43,054 nucleotides of DNA, from positions 1-43,054 of the forward strand of contig CAZOVJ010000002.1 of the NCBI GenBank assembly GCA_964583685.1, read 5' to 3'. Position numbers and translations under genes: made by a program. How positions within the stretch are numbered: position 1 is the stretch's first letter; each line of letters opens with the position of its first letter. This document shows, piece after piece, positions 41,059 to 43,054 of the stretch. This DNA is from an uncultured Gammaproteobacteria bacterium. Lineage in GTDB: Bacteria > Patescibacteriota > Microgenomatia > UBA8517. A model generated the notes under the pieces. That model made no database searches, was not told the origin of the DNA, and saw only the letters and a list, made by a program, of their open reading frames with translations.

Positions 41059-42319
41059 AAGTTTTATCTAAAAGAGAAACAAAATCTTCTACACTGAGAT
41101 TTTTTGCTAGAGTTTTTATGCGAGGGCTTTTAACAAAGAGAAAAGCATCCTCTAGAGTATGACTGCCGGTGAAAATATCTTTTTCAAAGAGAGTTTCTTT
41201 ATCAATCGCCCCTTTCAATCTGAAGCCAGGATTGGGCAAAAGGACTAAATCCGGCGCCCAATCCAGAAATTTGCCATGATAAATTTCTTCTTGGCGATAG
41301 ATCCTTTTAATTACTTTTTTACCTCGGTATTTCAATTTGTTAAAAATCTCTACCATTCCATTAATAACATCGCCTGCTTCGGCCTTGGTCACTTTACCTC
41401 GCGGATATTTCCCTTTTTCATGGACGTAAATTCTGGCAGGATCTAAAGCAAATGCTTTAGTCTTAGCTGTAATTTGATTATAACTTTTAAGGGTTTTGTC
41501 TAAATCTAAAAGCCCCTTTTGCTTTAAGAAAACATTAATATTAACGTTTATCTTCATCCTTCCCATCCCGTGGTCTGAAAGCATCAGTAAGGAATCGTCT
41601 TCCTCCAGCCGTTCCTTAATCTCGCCAATGACAACATCTATTCTCTGAAAATAATGAATAAAGTCTGAGTGATATTGATGATTCTCTTCTTGATAAGCGT
41701 CCCAGAGAAAATGGCCCAGTCTATCAGAGCCTGTAAAAACAAGCATCAAGACATCCCAGTCTTCTTTTTGCCAAAAATAACGATAAGCTTTAATTCGCGC
41801 CTCAAGGGTCTCTGACAACTTTTTTAAAAATAAACTTTTTGATTGATGGGCTAAGGCAGAATCAACATCCACCCTATAATTTAATTCTTTCAATTTAGGG
41901 AGATATTTTTGAGGATAAAGTGCTTTCTCTAAATCTAAGGAGATAAAGCCAGAAATATGAACTCCATTTAAGGGCTGGGCTGGATAAGTGGAAGGAACAT
42001 TAATAATCACATATTTTTTATTTCCCTTCTTCTGCCAAAAAGGAGGACAACGAAGGCTGGTAAAATCAGGGAAAGAGAGGCTGTAAGTTCCCGGGATAAA
42101 TTCCATAAAGCCAAAAATGCCATGCTGGGCTGGGTTTTTGCCGGTAATAATAGAGCTCCAGGCGATGGAGGAGATCGGTGGAATAGAAGAACGCATTTTT
42201 TGGAAAAGACCTTCCTTTTTCAGGCTCTTAAAATTTGGCATTACTCCCTTTTCCGACAAGTCCTCCATCAACCCGTAAGGTGCCCCGTCAATACCGATAA
42301 TAACTGTTCTTTTCTTCAT
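41051..42319 (-). CDS. Alkaline-phosphatase-superfamily protein (COG3379-like phosphodiesterase/pyrophosphatase), long paralog
   Basis: IIGIDGAPYG, PPISSIAWSSIITGKNPAQHGIF, GSDRLGHF and LSDHGM motifs. Overlaps the sqdB start by 8 nt. Confidence 0.7.
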   Translation of the reverse strand: MKKRTVIIGIDGAPYGLMEDLSEKGVMPNFKSLKKEGLFQKMRSSIPPISSIAWSSIITGKNPAQHGIFGFMEFIPGTYSLSFPDFTSLRCPPFWQKKGNKKYVIINVPSTYPAQPLNGVHISGFISLDLEKALYPQKYLPKLKELNYRVDVDSALAHQSKSLFLKKLSETLEARIKAYRYFWQKEDWDVLMLVFTGSDRLGHFLWDAYQEENHQYHSDFIHYFQRIDVVIGEIKERLEEDDSLLMLSDHGMGRMKINVNINVFLKQKGLLDLDKTLKSYNQITAKTKAFALDPARIYVHEKGKYPRGKVTKAEAGDVINGMVEIFNKLKYRGKKVIKRIYRQEEIYHGKFLDWAPDLVLLPNPGFRLKGAIDKETLFEKDIFTGSHTLEDAFLFVKSPRIKTLAKNLSVEDFVSLLDKTYA

Positions 42320-42438
42320 GATAAAAGGTTCTCAATTTATCTATCTTTCGTCAAACCAAGGAGATTGTCAAGAAAGATCCCATTTGCCACAGTTGTCCTT
42401 CAAACTCCTTGCAGATATAATATAACCGAGTTAAAGGA

Positions 42439-43054
42439 ATGGCCAAAAAGGCAATTTTTAGTATAATATTTTTGCTTGGAGCCTTGACGTTATTGCTGAC
42501 TTTTAATCTTTTCAAAAAAGAAAAAACTCAGCCGGAATTATCAAAAACCGTGACCGAAAAAGCAGTTTCCATCATTACCATTTACGACAACTATCAGGTA
42601 GACCCTCGTTTGCAAACTGGCTGGGGTTTTGCCTGCCTAATAAAAGCATCTGGAAAAAATCTATTGTTTGATACCGGGGCCGATAGCCCTACTTTACTTT
42701 CTAATCTAGAGCAACTCAATATCGCTCTTGAAGAAATAGACGTTGTTGTTCTCTCTCATATTCACCAAGACCATGTTGGAGGATTACCAGGCCTGCTGGA
42801 AAGAAAGGGAGAGGTGGAGGTCTACATCCCCAGCTCTTTCCCAAATTCTATAAGAGAAACAATAGAATCTCATGGAGGAAAATATTTTGACATCTCGGAC
42901 TCAAGAGAGATTATAGAGGGAATTTATTCTACCGGTGAACTGGGAAACATCATTAAGGAACAATCTTTAATTATTAATACCAATAAAGGATTAGTCATTA
43001 TCACTGGTTGTGCCCATCCCGGAGTTGTCAATATTATCAAGAAAATAAAAGAAA
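42439..43054 (+). CDS. Metallo-beta-lactamase-fold protein with an N-terminal membrane anchor (partial, runs off the window)
   Basis: HIHQDHVGG (HxHxDH) motif and GWGFACLI...LLFDTGA. The frame is open from ATG 42439 to the window end. Confidence 0.7.
   Translation, partial: MAKKAIFSIIFLLGALTLLLTFNLFKKEKTQPELSKTVTEKAVSIITIYDNYQVDPRLQTGWGFACLIKASGKNLLFDTGADSPTLLSNLEQLNIALEEIDVVVLSHIHQDHVGGLPGLLERKGEVEVYIPSSFPNSIRETIESHGGKYFDISDSREIIEGIYSTGELGNIIKEQSLIINTNKGLVIITGCAHPGVVNIIKKIKE

Overview
This is an AT-rich bacterial chromosome segment. From gene content alone it looks like a reduced-genome CPR/Patescibacteria-type organism: short tight operons, a half-length TsaB, DUF5659-like and fused spermidine-synthase-like proteins, and RF2 present, so standard code 11. 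That taxonomic call is an inference. Housekeeping backbone (about 10.1-34.3 kb, mostly minus strand): tsaB, galE, tsaE, VanZ, ftsEX plus a coiled-coil hydrolase, prfB, secA, rarA, serS, lysS, greA and envelope glycosylation genes. Three accessory regions stand out. (1) 0-9.9 kb is a mobile-element-like region. It holds a restriction-nuclease-like gene, small DNA-binding proteins, an iteron/inverted-repeat locus and a large serine recombinase whose 3' end carries a tRNA 3'-fragment. It also holds a seven-gene translationally coupled T4SS-like operon: VirB2-like pilin, pilin-VirB6 fusion, VirB3/PrgI-like protein, split VirB4 and an M23 hydrolase. No relaxase or coupling protein is visible in the window. 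(2) 34.3-36.4 kb is a tRNA-Glu(CUC) islet with a visibly GC-rich small membrane gene, a NUDIX gene, a degenerate partial tRNA copy and a BrnT/BrnA module. (3) 36.4-42.3 kb is the most interesting region. Two convergent operons combine an EF-1alpha/CysN-type GTPase and a CysD-like PP-loop protein carrying an APS-reductase-style CC...CxxC cysteine signature. They also encode two AlkP-superfamily paralogs, a thioredoxin whose C-terminal tail mimics the CysD tail, and an SQD1/SqdB/Agl3-type UDP-sulfoquinovose synthase with a Cys-rich N-terminal extension. I read this as a candidate self-contained sulfate-to-sulfosugar module. Smaller oddities: GTGA-type heptanucleotide tracts (one intergenic, two inside conserved genes), a GC-rich hairpin insertion in rarA, and a gene split by a 14-bp tandem duplication. 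No rRNA genes or CRISPR arrays were seen.
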